Shown here piece after piece: positions 8,803 to 17,889 of a DNA stretch of 20,644 nucleotides. The position numbers were made by a program, and so were the translations under genes. Below the pieces are notes generated by a model, which searched no databases, had not been told where the DNA came from, and worked only from the letters and a program-made list of their open reading frames with translations. The first letter of the stretch is position 1. Every line of letters starts with the position of its first letter. The stretch is from Myxococcales bacterium. Lineage in GTDB: Bacteria; Myxococcota_A; UBA9042; JABWCM01; BTVJ01. The stretch covers positions 1 through 20,644 of the forward strand of contig BTVJ01000115.1 in NCBI GenBank assembly GCA_045863395.1, in the 5' to 3' direction.

Positions 8803-9966
8803 ATGGCATTTGAGGCCCTCGACTTCCTGAACCTCTCCGACGACCTGAGCGAAGAGGAGCGCATCATCCGCGACACCGTGCGCCTGTTCGTCGAGGAGGA
8901 GGTGATGCCGATCATCGCCGAAGCCTACGACAAGGCCGAGTTCCCGCGGCACCTGGTGCCCCGCATGGGGGAGCTGGGGCTGCTGGGTGCCAACCTGCAC
9001 GGCTACGGGTGCGCAGGGGTGGGCGACGTCGCCTACGGCCTGATCATGCAGGAGCTGGAGCGGGGTGACAGCGGCGTGCGGTCCTTCTGCTCGGTACAGG
9101 GCGCCCTGGTGATGTATCCGCTGTACACGTTCGGGAGCCCCGAGCAGAAGGAGCGGTGGCTGCCGGCGCTGGCGAGCGGCGCCGCCATCGGGTGCTTTGG
9201 CCTGACGGAGCCGGACTTCGGCTCCAACCCCGCGGGGATGCTGACCCGCGCCACCCGCAAGGGGGCGAGCTGGGTGCTCAACGGCAGCAAGATGTGGATC
9301 ACCAACGGATGCATCGCGGACGTGGCCATCGTCTGGGCCAAGACCGACGACGGCATCCGCGGCTTCGTGGTGCCTGCGGGGACGCCGGGCTTCACGACGC
9401 GGCGCATCGAGGGCAAGATCAGCCTCCGCGCGAGCGTGACGAGCCAGCTCTTTTTAGAGGACGTCGAGCTTCCCGCAGACGCGGTGCTGCCCGGGGTCGT
9501 CGGCCTCAAGGGGCCGCTCTCGTGTCTGACGCAGGCCCGCTACGGCATCGCGTGGGGTGCCTGTGGGGCCAGCATGGCGATCTACGACGAGGCGCGGCGA
9601 TACTCCCTGGAGCGCATCCAGTTCGACCGCCCGATCGCGAGCTTTCAGCTCGTGCAGCAGAAGCTCGTGCACATGCTCAGCGAGATCACCAAGTCCCAGC
9701 TTCTCGTGCTGCGCCTCGGTCGCCTGAAAGAGAAGAAGAAGCTCACCCCCTCTCAGGTCTCCCTCGGCAAGTTGAACAACGTGGCGGTCGCTCGCGAGTG
9801 TGCGCGCCTCGGGCGTGAGATCCTGGGGGCCAACGGCATCATGCTCGACTACCAGGTCGCCCGGCACATGGGGAACATCGAGAGCGTCTACACCTACGAG
9901 GGCACCCACGACATCCACACGCTGGTGCTCGGGCAGGCGATCACGGGGATCCCGGCGTTCTCCTGA
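8803..9966 (+). CDS. gcdH: Acyl-CoA dehydrogenase, glutaryl-CoA dehydrogenase-like (about 387 aa)
   Basis: ELERGDSGVRSFCSVQ, GCFGLTEPDFGS, LNGSKMWITNG, R.QFDRPIASFQLVQ and YTYEGTHDIH (catalytic Glu context typical of GCDH). ATG 8803 with GGGAG SD, and a TATAAG -10-like hexamer at 8708-8713. Substrate specificity is inferred. Confidence 0.85.
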   Translation: MAFEALDFLNLSDDLSEEERIIRDTVRLFVEEEVMPIIAEAYDKAEFPRHLVPRMGELGLLGANLHGYGCAGVGDVAYGLIMQELERGDSGVRSFCSVQGALVMYPLYTFGSPEQKERWLPALASGAAIGCFGLTEPDFGSNPAGMLTRATRKGASWVLNGSKMWITNGCIADVAIVWAKTDDGIRGFVVPAGTPGFTTRRIEGKISLRASVTSQLFLEDVELPADAVLPGVVGLKGPLSCLTQARYGIAWGACGASMAIYDEARRYSLERIQFDRPIASFQLVQQKLVHMLSEITKSQLLVLRLGRLKEKKKLTPSQVSLGKLNNVAVARECARLGREILGANGIMLDYQVARHMGNIESVYTYEGTHDIHTLVLGQAITGIPAFS

Positions 9967-10029
9967 CCTGGGCAGGGCCGAGGCCGGCGCTGGGGGGCGC
10001 GCCTGAAGGGGGGGCCCACGCAGAGGGAT

Positions 10030-10081
10030 GGGGAGGCGCCGCGACCGTCCCCGCCTCCCGCGCCGTGAATGCGGGGAGGCG
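10030..10081. terminator. GC-rich hairpin region between convergent genes (possible bidirectional terminator or REP-like element)
   Basis: CGCCTCCC (10052-10059) is complementary to GGGAGGCG at both 10031-10038 and 10074-10081. There is no U-tract. Confidence 0.4.
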
Positions 10082-10090
10082 TACCGCGAG

Positions 10091-12238
10091 TCAGCGCGCC
10101 CGGCGCCGGAAGGGGCGGAGCGCCAGCGTCAGGGCGATGAGCCACACGAGGGTCATGCCCGCCGCCGTGCGCCCTCCGAGGGGCGACGCCTGATCGCAGT
10201 CGCAGCCGCCGGCGACCGTCGTGTCGTCCACGTCGCCGCTGGCCTGGGGCCCGAAGTTCGTGTCGCCCGCGTCCGACTCGAAGCCGGGACCTGAGGCGCC
10301 TCCGTCCCCGCCGGCCGAGGGGTCGCCCTCGGTGCACACCCCCTCCTTGCAGAACTTGCCGCCGGGGCAGAGATCGATGACGCAGAAGCCGTCGGTCAGG
10401 GTGCCATACTCGCAAGCGCCGTCGTGAGCCGCCGCCGCGCAGCCGCCGCAGATGCACGCGAGGCCGTTCGGGCAGGTCGCGCCGTTGTCTGCCACGCCGT
10501 CGCAATCGTTGTCGAGCCCGTCGCAGTCCTCGACCGCAGGCCCCGTGATCACGCACTCGCCGAGCTTGCCGTCCGTGCACTGGCGGACGCCCGAGCCGCA
10601 GTCCGTGGCGCAGGGGAGGTCCGTGTCCTCGTCCGTGGTGCCGTCGCAGTCGTTGTCGATGCCGTCGCAGGTCTCGTTGGTCGCGGCCGTGGCCGTGCAC
10701 TCCCGCCACTTGCCCTCGATGCAGATCGCGGTGCCGATGGCGCACGGGGTCTCGCACTCCTTGGTCAGCGCCTCGTCGATGGAGCCGTCGCAGTCGTCGT
10801 CCTGGCCGTTGCAGACCTCGGTGGCGGGCTGGGGCGCGTCGCAGCCCACCCAGGCGCCCTCGACGCACTTCTCGCTGCCGCTGCCGCAGGCCGTGTTGCA
10901 GCTCTGCTCCATGCCGTCGACCACGCCGTCGCAGTCGTCGTCCTTGCCGTTGCAGGTCTCGGTGGTCTTGCCCTTGCCCCCCGTGCAGTCGGACCACAGG
11001 CCGTCGATGCACTCCCGCGTGCCGGGCTCACACTCGCCCTTGGACTCGCCGCACGCCTCCACCTGCCCTTCCGTGCAGGCGCAGCCCTCGTCGGTGGAGC
11101 CGTCGCAGTCGTCGTCCTTGCCGTTGCACTGCTCCGTCGCCGGCTGCGCCGCCGTGCAGCCGCTCCATGCCCCGTTGGTGCAGGTCTCATAGCCCGTGCC
11201 GCAGGCGGTGGAGCAGTCCTGGATCAGGAACTCGTCGACCTTGCCGTCGCAGTTGTCGTCCACCCCGTTGCAGGTCTCGGCCTTGGGCTCGACCACCGGG
11301 CAGGCGGACCACGCGCCGTTCGTGCACGTCTGGACACCGGTGCCGCAGGCGGCGAAGCACTCCTTGGTCATGCCGTCGATGGTGCCGTCGCAGTCGTCGT
11401 CGATGCCGTTGCAAAGCTCCGTGTTGACGGTCTTGGCGATGGCCTTCAGCGCCGCGGCGAGCTGGGCCTTGTCGTCCGCCTGGTAGTAGCAGGGGCCGAC
11501 CGCGGCTCCAACGGCGCAGCCAGGCACACGGGGCGTGCCGCCCGCGACGGCCATGTCATTGAGGGCCTTCGGATCCACCTTGGAGCCGAAGCCCACGACG
11601 AAGGTGTTGATGCCCTGGGCCTTGAGGTTGCTGACGATGGTGATCTGCTGGGCCACGTTCTGCGCCAGCTCGGCCTGGTTGAAGTAGTTGGGGGTGCCGT
11701 AGGCCTCGCCCTTGTTGCAGTCGGGCTCGGTGTCCCAGCCCCAGCCGGAGCCGACCAGCTCGTCGGCGCAGCAGTCCTGGATTCCGTCGGTCACGAGCAC
11801 CGCCCACCCGGTGGCGTCCCCCTTCTTGAGGAGGCCCACACCGGACGCGCCGGGGACCGCCTTGTCCACGATGCTCAGCGCCTGGAGCATGGGTGTGTCG
11901 GACTTGCCGTGCGGGCCCGCGTACCCATCGAAGAAGGACTTGAAGGCAGCGCCGTTGTTGGGCGCGAACGGGACGGCCAGCGACGCGCTCATCTGGCACT
12001 GCATGGCGGCCGGCGCCGACGGGAAGAGCAGCAGGCCGAAGGCGATGTGGCTGCCCTCCGACTGGACCACCGACGTGACGGCGTCCACCGCCGCGTTGTA
12101 GTTGCTCGACGCGTTGGCCTTGGTGCCGAGGCTGCCGGACGAGTCGAACAGCACGAGCATGCGCGGGTCGACGCAGACGTCGGCGCGGGCCGGGGCGGCG
12201 AGGGCGAGCAGAGTGAGGAGCGCGAGGGTGTTCTTCAT
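10091..12238 (-). CDS. Secreted VWA-domain protein with Cys/Asp-rich (MopE-like) repeats and a MYXO-CTERM-like C-terminal anchor (about 715 aa)
   Basis: Signal peptide MKNTLALLTLLALAAPARA. MIDAS motif FDSSGS...DTPM...VLVTDG, plus INTFVVGFG. Seven ExC[ND]GxD[DN][DN]CDG repeats. C-terminus GGCDC + hydrophobic helix + RRRAR. GGAGG SD, and TAGAAT -10-like hexamer at 12276-12271. Confidence 0.88.
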   Translation of the reverse strand: MKNTLALLTLLALAAPARADVCVDPRMLVLFDSSGSLGTKANASSNYNAAVDAVTSVVQSEGSHIAFGLLLFPSAPAAMQCQMSASLAVPFAPNNGAAFKSFFDGYAGPHGKSDTPMLQALSIVDKAVPGASGVGLLKKGDATGWAVLVTDGIQDCCADELVGSGWGWDTEPDCNKGEAYGTPNYFNQAELAQNVAQQITIVSNLKAQGINTFVVGFGSKVDPKALNDMAVAGGTPRVPGCAVGAAVGPCYYQADDKAQLAAALKAIAKTVNTELCNGIDDDCDGTIDGMTKECFAACGTGVQTCTNGAWSACPVVEPKAETCNGVDDNCDGKVDEFLIQDCSTACGTGYETCTNGAWSGCTAAQPATEQCNGKDDDCDGSTDEGCACTEGQVEACGESKGECEPGTRECIDGLWSDCTGGKGKTTETCNGKDDDCDGVVDGMEQSCNTACGSGSEKCVEGAWVGCDAPQPATEVCNGQDDDCDGSIDEALTKECETPCAIGTAICIEGKWRECTATAATNETCDGIDNDCDGTTDEDTDLPCATDCGSGVRQCTDGKLGECVITGPAVEDCDGLDNDCDGVADNGATCPNGLACICGGCAAAAHDGACEYGTLTDGFCVIDLCPGGKFCKEGVCTEGDPSAGGDGGASGPGFESDAGDTNFGPQASGDVDDTTVAGGCDCDQASPLGGRTAAGMTLVWLIALTLALRPFRRRAR
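10484..11421 (-). repeat. Seven ExC[ND]GxDxxCDG metal-binding-type repeats, each followed by Cys-rich spacers (mostly CxTxCGxG..C..GxW)
   Basis: TELCNGIDDDCDG, AETCNGVDDNCDG, TEQCNGKDDDCDG, TETCNGKDDDCDG, TEVCNGQDDDCDG, NETCDGIDNDCDG, VEDCDGLDNDCDG. Confidence 0.9.
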
Positions 12239-12314
12239 GGGCGGGGACCTCCAGGGCCGATGGTGGGCGCATTCTACGCAGCCGGGGAGCGACCGCAAGC
12301 GGTTCCGGGGTCGC

Positions 12315-14045
12315 CTACAGGCACGTCGCGATGTCGCGGATGTGCGGGACGTGGCCGGGAGGGATCGCGGGGCGCGAGCTGAGCGTGAACCGCTGTGGAA
12401 ACAAGCCCTTGGTGCGGTACTGGACGTCGACGAAGGACACGGTGCCGGGCGCGAGCGGGAACAGGGCGAGGAGCCCCCAGGTGTTGCCGCCGTAGGGGTC
12501 GAGCTTCACGCCGCCGAAGAGGAAGGCGTCGTCGTTGCTCCACCAGAGCGTGACCTCTTCGATCTGGAGCGCCGAGCCCGGGGGGCCGACCTCTGCCACC
12601 ACCAGCGTCGCGCCTCCGGCGTCCTGGAGCGACACGGTGGGCTCGGGGGGAACGGTCTTCCAGTCCGGGTCGTCGGTGAGCCAGTGTCGCAGCCACATGC
12701 GCTGGGCGCCCTTGGCGTGCAGCTCGGCGCGCTCGGCGATGGTCTTCTCCCCCTCAACGCCCGTCAGCGCGTAGCAGCCGTGGTCGAAGTTGGCGGCGAT
12801 GGAGGTGCGCTTGTCCGACGCGCCGATGGCGTCGTAGGTCGCCACGTGGGCGCTCAGGGGGAAGAACTCGTCGGTGGACCCATTGACCATCATCACGTGG
12901 GCGCCCGTGCCCGCCACCAGCACCGACGGGTCGAGCAGCGCCTGGTGGGCGAGCCACTCGGGGCTCTGCATGGTCAGGCCCGCCTTCGTCAGCAGCGTGT
13001 GCTGCCACGCCTTCGGCGACTGCATCGCCACGCTCCAGGCGCCCGTGCCGCTCAGGGGGACCGACGCGGTGACCCGGGGGTCCACGCCCGCGACCATGAG
13101 GGAGACGACCCCGCCCGCCGAGAAGCCGGTGATGCCCAGGCGGGTCCCGTCCACGTCCGGGGTCGCCGCGAGACAGGTCAGGCCCCGCATGGCGGCCACG
13201 GCGTGGCCCCAGAACCAGCTCCCGCGCGGGTCCGGGATGGTGTCGAACATGCGGTAGCCATCCTGGTGGCCAGCGGGGAGCCCCTCCGACGTGTTCTCGG
13301 GGATGGTCCCGCCCCCCGGGCCCGTGTAGGCCATGACGGCCATGCCGAGCAGGGCGGCGGTGCCGGTGGCGTGGCTCTCCTCGGCGTAGCCGCCGAGGCC
13401 GTGGGCCTGCACGACCCCGGGGAGGGGCAGGGCGGCGCTGTTCGGGCGCGCCGCGTAGCCGCGGATGCGGATGGGGACCAGCGTGCCGTCGATGGACTCC
13501 CACGACAGGTAGCTGGCTCGCCAGACCGTGACGAGGACCCCATCTTTCAGCACGGTCTTGGACCCCTCGAAGGTGCAGTCCGCCGTGGACGGGTCCGCGA
13601 TGGCTGCGAGGTCGAAGAGGGGAGGGGGTGTGGTGCTGGTGTCGGGTGCGTCGGTTGGATTGCCCGTGTCGAGCGTGCCGTCAGGGCCACCGTCAGTCGG
13701 AGTGGCCGCGTCGTCGGTGTCCGCCTCCCCGTCCGCAGCGCTCCCGTCGGTGGCTCCGTCGAGCCCGGTCGTGTCTGCAAGGGCGGCGTCGGTGCCTCCC
13801 CCGTGCCCGTCGGCCCCGCCATCCGTTGCGGCACCGGCGTCCGTCGCGCCACCGCCGTCCGCCCCGGCCGTCTCAGCGCCCCCGTCCTTGGCGCCGAAAC
13901 CGTCGCCGGGCGACACGTCGCCTTCGCCACCGTCCGTGGTGGTCGCGCCGTCCGGCACGCCGCCGCCGCCCCCATCGGGCCATCCTCCGCTCGTCGCCGC
14001 ATCGCCGCACCCCGCGAGCACCAGCGCCAGCACCCAGAACCTCAT
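12315..14045 (-). CDS. Lipoprotein alpha/beta hydrolase (acetylxylan-esterase/PqaA-like fold) with a long D/G/T-rich linker (about 576 aa)
   Basis: MRFWVLALVLAGC lipobox; the ATG overlaps the upstream stop (ATGA) with a GGAGG SD. Oxyanion region VVQAHGLGG, nucleophile elbow DGTRLGITGFSAGG, acid GSTDEFF, His NFDHG. Confidence 0.85.
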   Translation of the reverse strand: MRFWVLALVLAGCGDAATSGGWPDGGGGGVPDGATTTDGGEGDVSPGDGFGAKDGGAETAGADGGGATDAGAATDGGADGHGGGTDAALADTTGLDGATDGSAADGEADTDDAATPTDGGPDGTLDTGNPTDAPDTSTTPPPLFDLAAIADPSTADCTFEGSKTVLKDGVLVTVWRASYLSWESIDGTLVPIRIRGYAARPNSAALPLPGVVQAHGLGGYAEESHATGTAALLGMAVMAYTGPGGGTIPENTSEGLPAGHQDGYRMFDTIPDPRGSWFWGHAVAAMRGLTCLAATPDVDGTRLGITGFSAGGVVSLMVAGVDPRVTASVPLSGTGAWSVAMQSPKAWQHTLLTKAGLTMQSPEWLAHQALLDPSVLVAGTGAHVMMVNGSTDEFFPLSAHVATYDAIGASDKRTSIAANFDHGCYALTGVEGEKTIAERAELHAKGAQRMWLRHWLTDDPDWKTVPPEPTVSLQDAGGATLVVAEVGPPGSALQIEEVTLWWSNDDAFLFGGVKLDPYGGNTWGLLALFPLAPGTVSFVDVQYRTKGLFPQRFTLSSRPAIPPGHVPHIRDIATCL

Positions 14046-15616
14046 GGCAGCTCCTCCGCGTCGTCCTCGCCCAGCAGCCGCTCGAAGGGCGACGGGCGGT
14101 AGTCTTCGAGCAGCGGGACCGGCTCCCAGCGCCGGCCCGCGTCGTCCCAGCGCAGGATGTCCATCTCCAGTCCCTTGACCCGCACGAAGGTGAACTGGCG
14201 GGACTTGGGCTTGATGGCGTCCGATGCGCTGCGGTTCAGGATCCAGGTGCCGCTGTTGGCGTAGCGTCCCGGCACGCGCCGGAACGGCCGCAGATCGGGG
14301 CGGTGCGTGTGGCCCATGGACACCAGCGGCACACCGACCAGCTCCGCGATGCGCTCTGCCCGGTCGTAGCAGGTGTCGCCGGTGGCGTCCAGGGTAGCCC
14401 CGATGGCAACCCGCTGGTGCACCCACATCAGGAACACGAACAGCCCGGTCACGGTCACCACCGCGAACAGGGCCATCAGCCAGGCCTTGCTGAGGATGCC
14501 GCTGACGATCCAGCCGGTGGACTGGATCAACGTGAAGACCAGGAACCACCCGGCGATGCTCAGGAGCCCGATCACCGTGACGGCGGCCGTGCTGCGCGCG
14601 AAGGGGCGCAGCATCTCTTGAATCAGGGAGTACTTGGTCTTGCCGACCGGCTCGACCATCAGCGCGTCCACCTGGTGGAGCAGGGCGGGGTCCAGCTCAT
14701 TTCGGCGTGCCTCGTCCTCCAGGCGCGCCTGGTGGGTCGCGGCGATCTCCTCCATGCCGTGCAGCTCGAAGAAGCGCGCGTCCCGGATGGCCCGCATGAA
14801 GAAGGGCAGGTGGAGCCCGAAGGTGCGGGCCATGGCGAAGAAGTTGGCGCTGCCCACGATGCCCATGTACTGGTCGAGGGACACGTAGTAGTTCGAGTAG
14901 GGGTCGACCAGCTTCACCTTGTTGTAGACGTTGCGCACGAACAGGCTGCCGGTCGGGTAGTCGAGGACCTCGGCGCCCGCGTCGCTGTAGCGGGAAGGCA
15001 GCACGGGGTTCAGGTTGTACCGGAACGAGTTGGACGCCTCGTACTGGTGCCCATGCTCCACCCAGATGCGCCCTGGCTCCAGGTAGAACCAGTGCTCGAA
15101 GCGGACGCGCTCGCGGAGGACCGGTGGGGGTAGCGCCAGGTCCTCCGCGGCGACGATGGCGTCCAGCTCGGCGAAGAAGCGGTCGCGCACCGTGTCCCAG
15201 AACAGCTCGGCGTCGTGGTTTCCCCGCAGGATGGTCACGGGGTGGCCGGCCGCGGCGAAACGGAGGATGGCGCGGAAGAAGGTCGGGTGCCCTGCGATGA
15301 TGCGCCCGAGCTTCCACGCGCTCTTCCGCGCCGTCGTGGACAGCCCGAACTTGTGCTCGCTCCGGTGGAGCCGCATGCCCTGCTCGCGGAGCTCCGGCGC
15401 AGTCGGCAGGCGCGTCACGGTCAGGAAGTCGAAGACGTCGCCGTTCAGGATGAGGCGCGCCGGCGTGCGGGTGGCCATGGCCTCGACCAGCACGCGGTCG
15501 ACGAAGTTGGACAGCTCCTGGTCGTAGAAGAACACCTCCAGGCGCGAGAAGCGCAGCGAGTCCCGCGAGCGCCCCTCGCCCAGGTGCAGATCGCTCAGGA
15601 TGTAGAGGTCCTCCAT
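14042..15616 (-). CDS. Calcineurin-like metallophosphoesterase (LpxH-like motifs) with an inserted transmembrane hairpin (about 524 aa)
   Basis: ILSDLH, LNGDVFDF, GNHD, EHGHQ and MGHTH appear in canonical order. Real start is near MEDLYIL (15616). The ORF-track extension to 17596 is antisense to the cyclophilin and GspF genes. Confidence 0.88.
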   Translation of the reverse strand: MEDLYILSDLHLGEGRSRDSLRFSRLEVFFYDQELSNFVDRVLVEAMATRTPARLILNGDVFDFLTVTRLPTAPELREQGMRLHRSEHKFGLSTTARKSAWKLGRIIAGHPTFFRAILRFAAAGHPVTILRGNHDAELFWDTVRDRFFAELDAIVAAEDLALPPPVLRERVRFEHWFYLEPGRIWVEHGHQYEASNSFRYNLNPVLPSRYSDAGAEVLDYPTGSLFVRNVYNKVKLVDPYSNYYVSLDQYMGIVGSANFFAMARTFGLHLPFFMRAIRDARFFELHGMEEIAATHQARLEDEARRNELDPALLHQVDALMVEPVGKTKYSLIQEMLRPFARSTAAVTVIGLLSIAGWFLVFTLIQSTGWIVSGILSKAWLMALFAVVTVTGLFVFLMWVHQRVAIGATLDATGDTCYDRAERIAELVGVPLVSMGHTHRPDLRPFRRVPGRYANSGTWILNRSASDAIKPKSRQFTFVRVKGLEMDILRWDDAGRRWEPVPLLEDYRPSPFERLLGEDDAEELP

Positions 15617-15739
15617 CGCCCGCCTTCGCGCGTCGCCAGGTGGACGCATCGTATCAGAATCCGCGCGTGCCGCTCGCCTTCGCGCTCCGTCCTGTGATAT
15701 GAGCCGCCGGACTTCAACCCGATCCTCGGAGGTCGACCC

Positions 15740-16318
15740 ATGAGCATGTTCGGAGGCTCCCGCGCGCTGAAGCAGATCGCGCCGCTCGACACCACCGCGC
15801 GCGAGGTCCGCGCCACCCTCGACACGTCGCTCGGCACCATCGTGCTGCGCCTGTTCAATGACAAGGCCCCTCGCACGGTCGCCAACTTCGTCGGGCTCGC
15901 CACGGGCACCATGGAGTGGACCCACCCGCGCCTGGCCAAGCCCATGAAGGACAAGGCGTACTACAACGGCCTGACCTTCCATCGCGTGATCCCGGGCTTC
16001 ATGATCCAGGGCGGCTGCCCCAAGGGCGACGGCACGGGCGGTCCCGGCTACAACTTCGCCGACGAGTTCCACCCGGCGGCGCGCCACAGCAAGCCCGGCA
16101 TGCTGTCCATGGCCAACGCGGGCAAGGACACCAACGGCAGCCAGTTCTTCATCACCTGCGAGGAGACCTCCTACCTGGACGACCGCCACACGGTGTTCGG
16201 CGAGGTGGTGGAGGGGCTCGACGTCGTGCAGAAGATCGCCAACACGCCCCGCGGCGCCAACGACCGGCCGAAGGAGCCGGTTGTGATCAAGTCCGTGGAG
16301 ATCTCCTACCTGAGCTAG
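15740..16318 (+). CDS. Cyclophilin-type peptidyl-prolyl cis-trans isomerase (192 aa)
   Basis: [66 protein letters not shown]. Confidence 0.97.
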   Translation: MSMFGGSRALKQIAPLDTTAREVRATLDTSLGTIVLRLFNDKAPRTVANFVGLATGTMEWTHPRLAKPMKDKAYYNGLTFHRVIPGFMIQGGCPKGDGTGGPGYNFADEFHPAARHSKPGMLSMANAGKDTNGSQFFITCEETSYLDDRHTVFGEVVEGLDVVQKIANTPRGANDRPKEPVVIKSVEISYLS

Positions 16319-16408
16319 CAGGCGCCCCGGCGCCGGGCCGTGCTCGGGGGGACCGCGCACGAGCGGCGTCGGATCTCGGCGCCAAGGGTCGCTCCGGGAG
16401 GTTCGGGC

Positions 16409-17695
16409 ATGGCCACGCCTCGCACGCGGTGCCCCCGCTGTGGCTTCGTCCAGCCGCCCGCTGCCGACTGCGCAAGCTGTGGCGTCGTCTTCGCGCGCCT
16501 GGAGCGCCCTCGGGCGACCCCGGCCAAGGAGCCCCGGCCCGCCACCCCCAAGGCGCCCGCTGCGTCGCCCAAGCTGCCCGCCGCTTCGCGGCGCTCCCCC
16601 TTGGGTCCCCGCCTCTCGTTGCGGGACCACGCGCTGCTCTACGATCAGCTCGCCCGCCTCCTGAGCGCCGGGGTCCCGGTCGCCGACGGCCTCGACGCCA
16701 TCGCGGCCACGGGGCGGGGCACCTTGCCGCTCGTGTGCCGCGGCCTCGCCGCGTCGCTGCGCCAGGGCATCGGGCTCGGCCGGAGCTTCGCCGCCCGCCC
16801 GGAGATCCCCCCGGCGGAGGCGGCGCTCATCGAGGCCGGCGAGGCGGTGGGCACGCTGCCCGCGACGTTGGCCGGGCTGGCGCGGCGCCGCGAGCGTCTG
16901 GTGACCCTGCGGGGGCGCCTGCTCACCATGCTGGCGTATCCCCTGTTCCTTTCGGTGGTCAGCGTGGTCATCCTCGCGGTCCCCACCTGGCTCCTGCGGG
17001 GGAAGGGGGCCTTTGCGGTCGAGGTCGCGGCGGGGCTTGGTGGGTTGGCGCTGCTCGTCGCCTTCTGCGCGTTCGCGGTGCCACGGCTCCTGGGCGTAGC
17101 TGCGGTCCAGCGCCTCGGGCGCCGTCTCCTCTGGAGGACCCCGTTGCTCGGGGGCATCTATCGGCTTGCGGTGTGGTCCACGTGGGCCGAGCACATGCGC
17201 GCCAGCCTGGAGGCGGGCATCGTAGGCTCCCTCGCGCTCGTGGACGCGGCGCGGGCCACCGGCGACCCGGACACCCTGGTCGCCATGGAGCGCGCGAGCC
17301 GCGCGGTGGAGCTGGGCGCTGGCATCGCAGGGGCGGTGGGTACCCAGCGGTTCCTGACGTCCCAGGACCTCGTGATCCTGACGAGCGCCGAGGCGGCGGG
17401 TGACCTGACGGGCGCGCTGGCGGGCCTGGCCGCAACCCACGGCCGCGCCCTGGAGAACCGCATGGAGGGCGGCGGCCGCGTCCTCGGCGCCCTCCTTGTC
17501 CTCGTGCTGCTCGCCTGGGTCGCCAGCCGCATCGTCGATGGCTTCACCCAAGTGATGACCGGCAGCCTCGACCAGGCCATGGAGCAGATGCAGCACGAGC
17601 TGGGCGCCCCCGGCGGGGGCGTGGACGAGCTGCGCAAGACGATGGAGAAGGCCACTGAGCCTCTGGACCGGGAGTTTCCGTATCAGCGTCCATAG
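16409..17695 (+). CDS. Type II secretion system F (GspF/PilC-like) protein with an N-terminal zinc ribbon (about 428 aa)
   Basis: ATG 16409 with GGAGG SD; CPRCG...CASCG. First T2SSF domain QLARLLSAGVP...IEAGEAVGTL...LAYP, TM segments, then a divergent second domain LEAGI...AEAAGDL. Confidence 0.82.
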   Translation: MATPRTRCPRCGFVQPPAADCASCGVVFARLERPRATPAKEPRPATPKAPAASPKLPAASRRSPLGPRLSLRDHALLYDQLARLLSAGVPVADGLDAIAATGRGTLPLVCRGLAASLRQGIGLGRSFAARPEIPPAEAALIEAGEAVGTLPATLAGLARRRERLVTLRGRLLTMLAYPLFLSVVSVVILAVPTWLLRGKGAFAVEVAAGLGGLALLVAFCAFAVPRLLGVAAVQRLGRRLLWRTPLLGGIYRLAVWSTWAEHMRASLEAGIVGSLALVDAARATGDPDTLVAMERASRAVELGAGIAGAVGTQRFLTSQDLVILTSAEAAGDLTGALAGLAATHGRALENRMEGGGRVLGALLVLVLLAWVASRIVDGFTQVMTGSLDQAMEQMQHELGAPGGGVDELRKTMEKATEPLDREFPYQRP

Positions 17696-17721
17696 ATGGG
17701 TGCGATCACCTCAGGCGGCAT

Positions 17722-17750
17722 GCCTCCCCGCGGGCTCGCAGCGGGGAGGT
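17722..17750. repeat. Intergenic palindrome GCCTCCCCGC-N9-GCGGGGAGGT (terminator or REP-like)
   Basis: 9-10 bp stem beginning 27 nt after the GspF-like stop. It shares its stem with hairpins at 10052-10081 and 19863-19888. Confidence 0.5.
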
Positions 17751-17889
17751 GGGCACAGGAGGACTCATGGGGCGGGCCCACCTGCCGCGGGGCGCCCTGG
17801 GTGGCAACGGGTCCCCTCGGCGGTGCGTTGACGCGGGTGCGCCCGCGGTGCGAGAGTCCGGCGTGCCTCACCAGGAGGGAGTTGCCGCC

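Noticed and set aside
1039..14102. Long antisense or alternate-frame ORFs (e.g. 1039-2529+, 2869-4440+, 4437-6293+, 10424-12382+, 12102-14102+)
   Set aside because: Shadow ORFs expected at this GC content. They overlap well-supported genes, are Arg/Pro/Ala-biased and have no recognisable motifs.
15617..17596. Apparent 1184-aa metallophosphoesterase fusion in the ORF track
   Set aside because: The first 660 aa or so are the stop-free antisense of the cyclophilin and GspF-like genes. Family motifs begin at MEDLYILSDLH, and a TG-n-TACGAT promoter-like element sits near 15650.
17765..17860. GGCAAC...CGGTGC motif upstream of the methyltransferase, reminiscent of a SAM-I/IV riboswitch core
   Set aside because: I could not build the P1/P2 helices or the AUC-AGAG junction. 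An Rfam scan would settle it.
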